A DNA stretch of 62,779 bases, filler included, from Bdellovibrionota bacterium (GTDB taxonomy: Bacteria; Bdellovibrionota; Bdellovibrionia; Bdellovibrionales; JAEYZS01), in NCBI GenBank assembly GCA_963169515.1. It is 5 parts of 5 records of this genome, joined end to end, with 100 filler letters (N's around TTAATTAATTAA, not from the genome) between each part and the next. Parts side by side here need not be neighbours in the genome. Positions count along the whole stretch, not along the records: positions 17,953 to 32,812 come from CAUJEF010000034.1; positions 32,913 to 41,653 come from CAUJEF010000036.1; 3 more parts are not named here. One strand, written 5' to 3'. The translations under genes and the position numbers were made by a program. The stretch's first letter is position 1, and every line of letters begins with the position of its first letter. Under the pieces are notes generated by a model. It had not been told where the DNA came from. It saw only the letters and a list, made by a program, of their open reading frames with translations, and did no database searches. Below are positions 28,695 to 37,899 of the stretch, one piece after another.

Positions 28695-30081
28695 TCAAAA
28701 ACTCCTTGTTGGCTTTTTGTATTTTTAAAATAAGGTTTTTAAAAGTTAAATAAAGATTTTGGGTCTTTACCACTGCAGTCATAAAATCAGAGGGTGGAAT
28801 CATAATCTTTTCTGCCTCAAACCAAAATATCAGGGGGCGAAAACGAGTATTTTTTAATGACTCAATTTTCTGTTCTGAAAGATTGATTCTGTCCATTGAG
28901 CTTTGATTGAAGCCCTTTCTAAGAACATTAACCCCACGCTCAAGCTCAAAAACGCAAGCCTTTAAAATATTCAAAATCTGACGATCAATTTCGTTAAGCA
29001 CGGGACACTCGCCAGAAAAATAAATAAGGCGGACAAGGTCAGATTCAAAAGAGGAATTTCTACCAGAGATATACTTGCTTGTCGGGCTTTTTACCTCTAT
29101 CGAATCTTTAACCACCTGTCCATCGTAGAGGCCATAAATGCCATCGGCCACCCGCTCGGCCTTCATTTGAGAGGGATAAGTTTCAAATAAAATTCGGCTT
29201 CCAGAAGATTTGGGGCCGGTCTCCCAATAGTTAACCGTTGCAAAACTTAAGTTCAAAGCTGGTGTCCCCATAAGAGATGCGATTTGGAGAGGGCTGCTAT
29301 CACACCCGGCAAAAACCGAAGCGCTTGCAACGATTTCAAAAGTTTCTTTAAATGTTGTCTTGCCCACAAGGTTATCGACAGAGGGTGTGCGATCTAAAAT
29401 ATATTCCGCCAAACGGATTTCATCCTTATTCCCAATGAGTTTAATCGGAACCTGTTTTTTCACAAGTTGATCTACAACTTCCGACCAAGTATGTATGGGC
29501 AAACATTTTTTGGGGTGACTTGCGCCAAGGTGTATTGCCACATAGCGACCTGTCTGTGATCTTTGAAATAGGGGTTTAAAGTTCCAATCTTCGTTGCATA
29601 GCTCCGTTCCCGCAACCTTTGCAAAGAGATCGCACACGTGAATCTGGTTGGATTCACCAACGCCAGTTTGTGAATAAAAATATTTGCTATACGAATCTGC
29701 GAATGTCGGCGTTCCATCACGAAAGCGAACATATCCACGCTTTGTTTTCGATGATATTTTCGTGGTTAAAAATCCAGAAAAATTAGAAAATGTCAGATTG
29801 ATTACTTGATCAAAGCCTTGTTCTGATAATTGATGTACCAGTGAATTTAATGATTCAACAGAAGCATAAAAGCCACCATCAATCAATGTACGAATGATTT
29901 TTTCGGAATCCAAAGTCCAAATCCTATCAACTTGTGGCAATAACGCAATAGCACTCTCGAATTTCGAGCGCACCAAGATGTGTATCTCACAATCTGGAAA
30001 ATTTCTTTTCAAGGCATGGATCGTAGGCCATGTCTGAAAGATATCCCCAAATCTAGCCAATTGAAGCAAGAGTATCTTCAT
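28648..30081 (-). CDS. Glycosyltransferase family 9 with C-terminal helical extension
   Basis: ILLLQLARFGDI, HLGAS..K, NLVGKT, CDSSPLQIA, ETGP. Confidence 0.85.
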   Translation of the reverse strand: MKILLLQLARFGDIFQTWPTIHALKRNFPDCEIHILVRSKFESAIALLPQVDRIWTLDSEKIIRTLIDGGFYASVESLNSLVHQLSEQGFDQVINLTFSNFSGFLTTKISSKTKRGYVRFRDGTPTFADSYSKYFYSQTGVGESNQIHVCDLFAKVAGTELCNEDWNFKPLFQRSQTGRYVAIHLGASHPKKCLPIHTWSEVVDQLVKKQVPIKLIGNKDEIRLAEYILDRTPSVDNLVGKTTFKETFEIVASASVFAGCDSSPLQIASLMGTPALNLSFATVNYWETGPKSSGSRILFETYPSQMKAERVADGIYGLYDGQVVKDSIEVKSPTSKYISGRNSSFESDLVRLIYFSGECPVLNEIDRQILNILKACVFELERGVNVLRKGFNQSSMDRINLSEQKIESLKNTRFRPLIFWFEAEKIMIPPSDFMTAVVKTQNLYLTFKNLILKIQKANKEFLSGSDQVDPTRHLNPV

Positions 30082-30226
30082 AGGGCAATTGTTCCTTAAT
30101 AAACTCCACAAGCATTTGTATATCTAATAGTTCTTCTGTAATTCCTTTGTCTTTTTTTATAACATCTTCGAGCTTACTCAATTTTACTAAAGTATCTCTG
30201 AGGTGTTCGACAATTTGTTCATCCAT
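30053..30226 (-). CDS. Uncalled 57-aa acidic helical protein (MDEQIVEHLRDTLVKLSKLEDVIKKDKGITEELLDIQMLVEFIKEQLPYEDTLASIG)
   Basis: Hand translation; bridges the gap between the two GT9 genes and overlaps both. Confidence 0.55.
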   Translation of the reverse strand: MDEQIVEHLRDTLVKLSKLEDVIKKDKGITEELLDIQMLVEFIKEQLPYEDTLASIG

Positions 30227-31788
30227 TGCTCAAGCCTTTCAATTTTGAATATGGTTTTTATAATTTCATTCAAAACAACTAAATCGCTTTTCATCGATTC
30301 AAAAATAATATTTAAAGTCTGCGCATTTGAAATCTCACCTATGTCATGGAATCCATGAGCACGAACATGAAAATCACGGATTCCATTTATAATAAAATTA
30401 TCTCTAGGCACACTCTTCAGCATTTGAAATGCAGATCCAGGTAAGCGAGCATCGTCTACCTCTGCTTTCAACTGAACAATCCTGCTGGCCCACTCCTGCT
30501 TATCGCTAATTGCGGACTCAATGTTGCTTATAAAGCCGTGTATATAGTCATGAGGATTCTTCCCCTGCATACTCGCAGATCTACAAAAAGTCATAAGTAT
30601 GTCGTAAACGCTCGATACGTCGAGAGCCAGGGGAATTGCGAGCCAACCAAATTTGTAATCAATGAAGGTCTTGTACAAATCAATATGCTTTTTATATTTT
30701 CGAGCAATATGGTTTAAAGACATAGAGTCACGAGCATAAATACAAGATACTGTCCGCGCTACAAACTGGGGATCCAATTTACTATGACAAATTAGTTTGT
30801 GGTTACAGGCGCTTGAATGATCACATGGCGCACAAGCCTCTTTTGCCTGTAAAATATATGAATTTTTTTTATAAGCTCCCGTGAATTGTGGATGACTACT
30901 GCCCATGCTGAGCTCAACAATTCGCGTATGCGTCGCGGCCGCAATATGCTTAATGCTTGTGTCACCCGTTACGAGAACCTTTGTCTTTCGAAGCAAGCTA
31001 AGGGCTCCTTCAAGACTGCAAATGACAAGATAAACGGGTATCCGCATTTCCTTTAAATTATTGTAAAGCGCGTGGAGATCCTTTTTTTCACTTGGTGCAC
31101 CCACTAACGCTATTTTATGATTGGGGTTGAACTGATGGTAATAATAAATAAATTTCTCGAAATTGCTCAAACCCCAGTTTTTTTTCACGTCATTAGTCAG
31201 TGGTTGTACCACAAGTTGAAAATCAAGATGTCCGACGGTGCCCTTGATCTCTGAAAATCCTTTTTCTGTTTCTCGCAGGGCAATGTGGCGAGGGGATGAA
31301 ATATTTCCCGATCCCGCCATATACAGATCAGAATAATGAATAAGCCCTGCATTTCTAGAAAGCCCATGATCGTTTAAAAAGCGAAAGGCCCCGTTCCCGA
31401 ATTCAGCTTTTTTGTCTTTCCCTATGGACAAACCAAGAGTGTTTGGGCAGCCAACGGCTCCAGCTATATACCCGCTCATCTTGTTATGAGTAAGATTTAT
31501 AACTTGATCATAGTTTTGACTTTTTAAATATGAAATCAATCTTTTCATTGCATCAAAAGCACCGTAATAAGAAACATTTTTGAATCGCAGACACTTTTGC
31601 ATTTTTGTGCGATCAAATCCTATGAATTTATCAACAAAGGGCAACAGCGGTTGGATATTTTTAAATTGAGAGTTAAAAAGAAGATGAACTTCACTTTCGG
31701 GGAAACGATCTTTTAGCGACCTTAATGCTGGCGCTGACAATATTATATCCCCAAGCCGAAGCATTTGCATGACAAGGATCTTGTTCAA
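30187..31788 (-). CDS. Glycosyltransferase family 9 with Cys cluster and C-terminal extension
   Basis: ILVMQMLRLGDI, KNW, TGDTSIKHIAAA, CAPCDHSSAC..C; TTG start overlaps the upstream TGA. Confidence 0.85.
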   Translation of the reverse strand: MNKILVMQMLRLGDIILSAPALRSLKDRFPESEVHLLFNSQFKNIQPLLPFVDKFIGFDRTKMQKCLRFKNVSYYGAFDAMKRLISYLKSQNYDQVINLTHNKMSGYIAGAVGCPNTLGLSIGKDKKAEFGNGAFRFLNDHGLSRNAGLIHYSDLYMAGSGNISSPRHIALRETEKGFSEIKGTVGHLDFQLVVQPLTNDVKKNWGLSNFEKFIYYYHQFNPNHKIALVGAPSEKKDLHALYNNLKEMRIPVYLVICSLEGALSLLRKTKVLVTGDTSIKHIAAATHTRIVELSMGSSHPQFTGAYKKNSYILQAKEACAPCDHSSACNHKLICHSKLDPQFVARTVSCIYARDSMSLNHIARKYKKHIDLYKTFIDYKFGWLAIPLALDVSSVYDILMTFCRSASMQGKNPHDYIHGFISNIESAISDKQEWASRIVQLKAEVDDARLPGSAFQMLKSVPRDNFIINGIRDFHVRAHGFHDIGEISNAQTLNIIFESMKSDLVVLNEIIKTIFKIERLEQWMNKLSNTSEIL

Positions 31789-32420
31789 TGAATGAGCTCC
31801 CCAAGCGAAAGCCATAATAAATCTTCATCAGAAAGATCTACATTTTTTTTCTGGATTAGATGGACAATATCTTTAATTGATTCTTTCCCCGTAAGATTAT
31901 ATTTTTTTTGAAAATCTTGATAATACGGGTTTGTTTGGCCTTTAATTGCACTGATATAGCTTAACCCCTCCGTGCTGCGCCCGAGCAAGAAATCCTCTAT
32001 GTCTTTATAGAACTCTGGATTGTTCGAAAATGAAATCGGATGTACTAATACGCAATACGAAGACTGTTCAACAACGCAGTGAAATGATTCGTAACTTTTT
32101 ATATGGTTAATGCTTGGATTTGAAAGGACCGCGACGCGATCTCCCCAGTCGATAATTTTTTTCTCCAATCCCCTTACAAGGCTTGCCTCACGTTCAACCA
32201 CTGTGATTAATGCTTCCGGTAAGGACTCAAGCAACAGATCAATATGATATCCTCCTCCGATACCGAGCACAAAAATGTGATCGAAGTCGTTCAGTATGTC
32301 TTTGTACGAATCAAACCATTTTTGAGCTTCTTTGATTGGATCCACCATTGAGCAAAGCGAAATTCCATTTAATACAGGAACAGGGTGACCATTTTTAGAA
32401 ACAAGCCATTGGGTAGCCAT
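31785..32420 (-). CDS. Stand-alone Maf (motility accessory factor) N-terminal-like protein
   Basis: NGISLCSMVDPIKEA and VLGIGGGYHI..VVE resemble the Maf N-terminal domain; no GT domain follows. Confidence 0.55.
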   Translation of the reverse strand: MATQWLVSKNGHPVPVLNGISLCSMVDPIKEAQKWFDSYKDILNDFDHIFVLGIGGGYHIDLLLESLPEALITVVEREASLVRGLEKKIIDWGDRVAVLSNPSINHIKSYESFHCVVEQSSYCVLVHPISFSNNPEFYKDIEDFLLGRSTEGLSYISAIKGQTNPYYQDFQKKYNLTGKESIKDIVHLIQKKNVDLSDEDLLWLSLGELIH

Positions 32421-32427
32421 ATCCCCC

Positions 32428-32811
32428 CTAGTTTTCTAATTTCAAATCTAGAATTCTGATCAATTCTTTTGCGGGAGCAAATTCAGGTTGAATATCTAAA
32501 ACCTTGTGCGCCTCGCGAAGCGCATCCGTCCACTGCCCTAACTGGAAATACATACCAGCAAGGGTATATGTCCAATCTGCATTTTGCGGTTCGACTTTTA
32601 GATACCGTTCAACTGCGTCGCGGGCGGGCTCATAATTCATATCTTGAAGGGCCCAGTCCACACAGAATTTAAGTGCAGTTTGATTGTAGATATTAATATC
32701 AATCGCCTTCAGTAGATCACCCCACGCCAGTTGAAAATCCCCACGATCACGGTATATGAGTGCGAGGCCAACCCATGCCTTATCATTAAAAAATTTCAAG
32801 TTAAGATCCTG
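32428..32811 (-). CDS. TPR protein, 5'-truncated at contig end
   Basis: Several TPR-like units (AWVGLALIYRDRGD, WTYTLAGMYFQLGQWTDA); frame is open to the linker. Confidence 0.8.
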   Translation of the reverse strand, partial: QDLNLKFFNDKAWVGLALIYRDRGDFQLAWGDLLKAIDINIYNQTALKFCVDWALQDMNYEPARDAVERYLKVEPQNADWTYTLAGMYFQLGQWTDALREAHKVLDIQPEFAPAKELIRILDLKLEN

Positions 32812-32812
32812 C

Positions 32813-32912
32813 NNNNNNNNNNNNNNNNNNNNNNNNNNNNNNNNNNNNNNNNNNNNTTAATTAATTAANNNNNNNNNNNNNNNNNNNNNNNNNNNNNNNN
32901 NNNNNNNNNNNN
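32813..32912. other. Artificial contig linker
   Basis: N44-TTAATTAATTAA-N44. Confidence 0.97.
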
Positions 32913-32990
32913 TTTTTTACTTATATTTCTGTTTTTTATTTTTTTAATTTTATTGTTTACCTTATACCCTTTCCCCCCCCCCCCCCCCCC
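32913..32990. other. Low-quality contig end (poly-C18 plus T-rich noise), probable sequencing artefact
   Basis: C18 at 32973-32990 (poly-G on the minus strand) next to the contig edge. Confidence 0.7.
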
Positions 32991-32995
32991 TCTTG

Positions 32996-33031
32996 CAAGG
33001 CCTCATGGAAACATGAGGCCTTGTTTTTTTT
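32996..33031 (+). terminator. Intrinsic terminator
   Basis: CAAGGCCTCATG-gaaa-CATGAGGCCTTG (12-bp stem) followed by T8; also lies just past the stop of the minus-strand YkuD gene. Confidence 0.8.
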
Positions 33032-33044
33032 CAGAGGGGATTTG

Positions 33045-34178
33045 TTACCTGAACGCTGGACAGGATTTGTCATTGCACGGGTTTACATACATGAGAGCTT
33101 CCCCCTCAAGACTGTCGACAATTGATTTCGCATCTCTATAGTCGAGACCGAAACAACCCCTTGTGGTGGCATTGTATTCGCTTAAAGAAACTTTTTTACC
33201 GTTATCTAGCGTATCAAAGCTGTGAATGAAAACACCACGCTTAGCCGCATTAGCATTTGTTTTGTCCAAACCACTCAACGTAAGACAATCTTTAAACCGA
33301 GGTCTGCAGCTTGTACCTGTTGAAAAAAAACCATAAGTGCTTAAGTTCGATCCTCTGGGCTGCTGACCGTTATCATATTTAGTAGGGTAACCCCACATCG
33401 GATTTAGCTTATTTTTAAGTCCCGATTCTTCAGCATGTGTAACCTGGTAGGATTCGACCGTTCCGGGCAAGGTGCCCTTAGCTTTATCCCCTTCGAGATT
33501 GATCAGAAAAAACCGTTTTTTATCTGAGTGAATGCGATAGTCAACAACGGCCATGTACTTTTTATTTTTAAATTTACTCCAATTGTTATACAAATAATTC
33601 CAGGCCTTTAAAAATGCATCTCTGGGAATTTTACCCTCTGCTAGTACCTTATTTTTTACAGCAATAAGCATTGCCTCTGACTTCTTTCTTTGCCCAACAC
33701 ATCCCCCGCGGCAGGTGCCTGCCTCTGTCGCCGATTGCGAGGTGGGGGCAGGCCTTTGAACTACTGCCTTTATAGGCGATATGAGCGTTCGATGTTTGGA
33801 GCCAGTGCTACCAGACGAAGACTCTTTAAGTTCACGTGCTGACATATACATATCAATATCATAAAATGATGAGAGCCAGGATTGATTAGAAGGAAGCGCG
33901 TCCAGTTGAACTGACACCAATGCGTTCGGATCAAAAGATCCATAAAAAAGATTGGGATTTTGGAGCGTCAATCGGGTTCCGACGGGGAATTGATATAAAG
34001 AATTATCCATCACCGTTCCCAACGGGCCGAAAGGCATCATGTTTTGGCCCAAAAAAAATGGATTCACCAGCGCCGACCCTTGTGGTGGAAATACCGCAGG
34101 ATAATAAAAATTCCCAAATTGAGAAAATTGCGCAGACGCTGTCAACGTAAATGCCAAAGCATAAGCCACAAGAAACAT
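33045..34178 (-). CDS. Secreted murein L,D-transpeptidase catalytic-domain protein (YkuD_2-like)
   Basis: VVDY..S.KKRFFLINL, VTH, SNLSTYGFF, LSGLDKTNANA..RGVFIH..RGC; signal peptide; GGAGG SD before ATG 34178. Confidence 0.8.
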   Translation of the reverse strand: MFLVAYALAFTLTASAQFSQFGNFYYPAVFPPQGSALVNPFFLGQNMMPFGPLGTVMDNSLYQFPVGTRLTLQNPNLFYGSFDPNALVSVQLDALPSNQSWLSSFYDIDMYMSARELKESSSGSTGSKHRTLISPIKAVVQRPAPTSQSATEAGTCRGGCVGQRKKSEAMLIAVKNKVLAEGKIPRDAFLKAWNYLYNNWSKFKNKKYMAVVDYRIHSDKKRFFLINLEGDKAKGTLPGTVESYQVTHAEESGLKNKLNPMWGYPTKYDNGQQPRGSNLSTYGFFSTGTSCRPRFKDCLTLSGLDKTNANAAKRGVFIHSFDTLDNGKKVSLSEYNATTRGCFGLDYRDAKSIVDSLEGEALMYVNPCNDKSCPAFR

Positions 34179-34303
34179 TATTCCTCCACGTATCCATATC
34201 GGGAAGGCCTCTGCTTTAATCAACAGACTTTGAGCCAAGAAAAACAAGTTGTTTTTCCATTTGAATGTAGAATACAGTTAATGTCTCAAGCTTTGGGGGC
34301 CAA

Positions 34304-36931
34304 ATGAAAAAGATTTTTATCTTATTTTTTGTTCTTATTTCTTGTCAGTCCACTGGAACAAAGCAAATGACCGCGGCTGCTCCCCGCCTGACACAAACCG
34401 AGGCGCAATGGCGACAGTCACGAATTTCAAAAGTTCGATATGAGCCTTTGATTTCTTTGTACGAAAAGTCAAAAAAATATACAGGATCAGTCGCTATCAG
34501 CTTTAGTTTAAACGATAATAAAAATAATATTCCTCTGGATTTTCGAGATGGAAAGGTAAAACGTCTGATCGTCAATAAGACAGACGTAAAAAGCATTATC
34601 CACCATAACGGAAAAATTATACTTCCGAAAGAAACGCTACGTTTAGGTGAAAATGAGCTTGTGGTAGATTTTGAACAAAACTTTACCAATCTGGGTGTTG
34701 GAATTCATAAATTTACGGACCCAATTGATCAAAATGAATATATCTACAGTCAGTTTGAAGCCTATGATGGAAATCGTTTTTTTCCTATGTTTGATCAGCC
34801 GGATTTGAAGGCCACGTTCAATCTTACAATTACCGCCCCGAATTTGTGGGAAGTCGTCAGCACAACACTGCCAAAAAGTGTTTTGAAAGATACAAATGTC
34901 CGGAAGCGATGGATATTTGAAACAACACCGTTAATGAGTACTTATCTTTTGTCGCTACATGCGGGACCATTTCATGTTTGGAAATCACAGTATAAAAATA
35001 TCCCCCTTCGGCTTTTCGTACGGAAAACACTCAGTCGATACGTGCCGTCTAACGATTGGTTTCAACTTACCAAAAACGGGCTTGAGTTTTATGAAAAATA
35101 CTTTGATTATCCCTATCCATTTAAAAAATATGATCAAATTTTAGTGCCTGAATTTAGTTCTGAAGCGATGGAAAATATCGCAGCTGTTACTTTTACAGAA
35201 GACTACATTAAGCGCGGCAAAACAACCCGGGAAGAGCGCCTGCTTATAGCAAACACTTTGCTCCATGAGATGGCGCATATGTGGTTTGGGAACCTTGTCA
35301 CAATGAAATGGTGGAGCGGTCTTTGGCTCAACGAAAGCTTTGCAAGCTATATGGCTTCGCTTGCCCTCGCAAAATCCACGCAATTTGAAGAGGCCTGGCT
35401 TGATTTCCACGAATTTAAGCAATGGGCCTACCACGAAGACCAACTCATCACAACGCATCCAATTGAAGCTTCGGTCCACTCCACAGAGGATGCCTTTTCA
35501 AATTTTGACGGCATCACCTATGCAAAAGGGGCGTCTGTCTTAAAGCAGCTATCGTTTTATCTTGGAGAGCGTGTATTTCAAAAAGGCGTCCAAAGTTATT
35601 TTAAAAAACACCAATACCAAAATACTGAATTGGCAGACTTTATCGGCGCGCTTAGCGAAGCTTCCAATATAAACTTGCAATCCTGGGCCACACTATGGTT
35701 GCAGCAAGAAGGCATTGATCGAGTCTATGCAAAAGCCATTTGTGACGGAGCCGTTTTAAGAGAAGTTTCCCTGGATCTAAAAAGCGACAAGAAAATTAAG
35801 CCCCACAGGCTCGAAATAGCATTGATAAACGAAGACAAAGGAAAACTGAAAGTAACGAATATCGTGTCGTCAGCTTTGATAGGCTCCGAAGTCGCCGTGA
35901 AAGATTTTAAAAATATAGCTTGTCCGATGATGATCTATGCAAACGCAAACGACAATGACTATGTAAAAATTATTTTAGATGAAAACACTGTTAAAATTTT
36001 AAAGACAAACATTGGCCGTATTCATGACGATCACTTGAGACTGATGCTGTGGAATGATTTATGGCAAATGGTATTGGATCAAAAAATGGCCCTATCAGAT
36101 TACGCCGAGATGGTTAAACAAAATTGGGATTTAGAAAAAAATCAAAAGATTTTGAATCAAATTGCGCGTTCAACCGTCGGCCCTGATTCCTCTGTTGCAT
36201 TTTTTTGGCCTGCAAGTACCTCTTCCGAAATAGAACGTCGCACACAGATCATAAGAGATTTTGAAATTCAAATTTACGATAATTTTTTAAAAAGCAAAAC
36301 ACAGGATCTAAAGTTATATTGGTACGATACTTTGGTTCATATTTCAGAAACGCCTGCGGGGTTAAAGCTTTTGGCGAACCTTATCACCAAAGATTCTAGT
36401 GTGTCGTTGGACATTGACAGGCAGTGGGCCGCTTATCTAAAGCTATGCATGTATAACTGGCAGGACATCTCACTCCTAGAGAAAAAATTTTTAGCCAAAG
36501 ATTCTTCTGATCGCGCAAAGAATAATGTGCTTGCCTGCCAGGTGGCCAAGCCCATAGAAGATTCCAAAAAGGATTTTCTAAAAACTGTTTTGAATGAGCC
36601 CGAAAAGTACTCAATGGAGCAATTGAAAAATGTTTTAGGAATGATGTTCCCAAGATCACAAAAGAAATTTAAGCAAGAATTCAAATCGGAAATTTACTCG
36701 TATATCAAGGAGCGTATTCAAAAGAGGGATGAAGAATACCAGGCCCGATTCACATCTTCTTTGGTACCCACCCTGTGTAACGAAGCGGACAATAAAGAGC
36801 TCAAGAATTTCATTGAAGGCAACAAGGCGCTTTCACCGATAGTCTCAAAAGAATTAAAAATCGCATGGCAAGAAGATGAGCGCTGTGTAAAGATTAGCGA
36901 AATGGCTCGCGCCCAAACATTGGTCCAGTAA
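34304..36931 (+). CDS. pepN: Aminopeptidase N (M1), lipoprotein
   Basis: FDQPDLKA, AMEN, HEMAH-X18-E, ITYAKG; lipobox LISC. Confidence 0.92.
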   Translation: MKKIFILFFVLISCQSTGTKQMTAAAPRLTQTEAQWRQSRISKVRYEPLISLYEKSKKYTGSVAISFSLNDNKNNIPLDFRDGKVKRLIVNKTDVKSIIHHNGKIILPKETLRLGENELVVDFEQNFTNLGVGIHKFTDPIDQNEYIYSQFEAYDGNRFFPMFDQPDLKATFNLTITAPNLWEVVSTTLPKSVLKDTNVRKRWIFETTPLMSTYLLSLHAGPFHVWKSQYKNIPLRLFVRKTLSRYVPSNDWFQLTKNGLEFYEKYFDYPYPFKKYDQILVPEFSSEAMENIAAVTFTEDYIKRGKTTREERLLIANTLLHEMAHMWFGNLVTMKWWSGLWLNESFASYMASLALAKSTQFEEAWLDFHEFKQWAYHEDQLITTHPIEASVHSTEDAFSNFDGITYAKGASVLKQLSFYLGERVFQKGVQSYFKKHQYQNTELADFIGALSEASNINLQSWATLWLQQEGIDRVYAKAICDGAVLREVSLDLKSDKKIKPHRLEIALINEDKGKLKVTNIVSSALIGSEVAVKDFKNIACPMMIYANANDNDYVKIILDENTVKILKTNIGRIHDDHLRLMLWNDLWQMVLDQKMALSDYAEMVKQNWDLEKNQKILNQIARSTVGPDSSVAFFWPASTSSEIERRTQIIRDFEIQIYDNFLKSKTQDLKLYWYDTLVHISETPAGLKLLANLITKDSSVSLDIDRQWAAYLKLCMYNWQDISLLEKKFLAKDSSDRAKNNVLACQVAKPIEDSKKDFLKTVLNEPEKYSMEQLKNVLGMMFPRSQKKFKQEFKSEIYSYIKERIQKRDEEYQARFTSSLVPTLCNEADNKELKNFIEGNKALSPIVSKELKIAWQEDERCVKISEMARAQTLVQ

Positions 36932-36933
36932 CA

Positions 36934-36956
36934 TTAAGAGACATTTTTGCCGATAA
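36934..36956 (+). promoter_or_regulatory. Possible sigma28 (FliA)-like promoter
   Basis: Perfect GCCGATAA -10 box at 36949-36956; upstream element spacing is non-canonical. Confidence 0.35.
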
Positions 36957-36972
36957 AGGGGGGAGGAGTCCC

Positions 36973-37899
36973 ATGAACTTTTCCACCTCGGCCACCGCCA
37001 AAAGACAGCCCGATTTATTTAGAAAGTTTTTTGAACTTTCAGAAACGGTTATTATCGGAAAAGAGCGAGAGCTTAAACTGGCGCTCACTTGTTTTCTTGC
37101 GCGAGGACATCTTCTTATCGAAGACCTTCCTGGGATGGGAAAAACTACTTTTGCAATGTTGCTCAGTCAGGTGCTTGGTCTTCGCCTCAGCCGAATCCAA
37201 TTCACAAATGACCTTTTGCCTAGCGACATAATTGGAACCACAATTTTTAATAATAAGACCAATTCGTTTCAATTTCATCAGGGCCCCATATTTGGAGAGC
37301 TTGTATTGGGTGACGAGCTCAATCGTGCAACTCCAAAAACTCAAAGTGCTTTTTTACAGGCAATGGAAGAGCACAAAGTCAGTGTCGACGGCCAAACTTA
37401 TGATTTGCCAAAACCATTTTTCTTAATCGCAACTCAAAATCCCATCAACCAAACTGGAACTTATCCGCTTCCCGAATCTCAGCTAGATCGCTTTATGATG
37501 AGGATTCATCTTGGCTATCCCGACAAAGCAGCTGAAAGAAAAATTTTAATCGCAAAAGATCCACGCAAAAATTTAAATCAAATCAAAGAACTCTTCTCGC
37601 ATCAGGAAATTTTAGAGTTACAAGAGCTCAGCCAAACCCCACACGTAAGTCCCGCACTCCTGGATTATGTACAAGAAATTCTGATATTAAGTCGGCAAAT
37701 GGCTACTCAAGGGTCTGCGGGGCTTTCCCCTCGCGCAGGGCTATTATTAGTACAGGCAGCACGCGCTAGGGCATTCATTGAAGCTCGTGATATGGTGTTG
37801 CCTGAAGACATCCAGGAAGTAGCACCCAGTGTAATGGGGCACCGCCTTTCAGGCACCGAGCACGCACTGGAAATAATCCAAAAAGTCAAAGTTCCATGA
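36973..37899 (+). CDS. MoxR-family AAA+ ATPase
   Basis: GHLLIEDLPGMGKT, RIQFTNDLLPSD, DELNRA, ATQNP, LPESQLDRF. Confidence 0.94.
   Translation: MNFSTSATAKRQPDLFRKFFELSETVIIGKERELKLALTCFLARGHLLIEDLPGMGKTTFAMLLSQVLGLRLSRIQFTNDLLPSDIIGTTIFNNKTNSFQFHQGPIFGELVLGDELNRATPKTQSAFLQAMEEHKVSVDGQTYDLPKPFFLIATQNPINQTGTYPLPESQLDRFMMRIHLGYPDKAAERKILIAKDPRKNLNQIKELFSHQEILELQELSQTPHVSPALLDYVQEILILSRQMATQGSAGLSPRAGLLLVQAARARAFIEARDMVLPEDIQEVAPSVMGHRLSGTEHALEIIQKVKVP

Noticed and set aside
32973..32990. C18 tract as a phase-variation or G-quadruplex site
   Set aside because: At a contig edge within low-complexity noise, typical of poly-G read artefacts.
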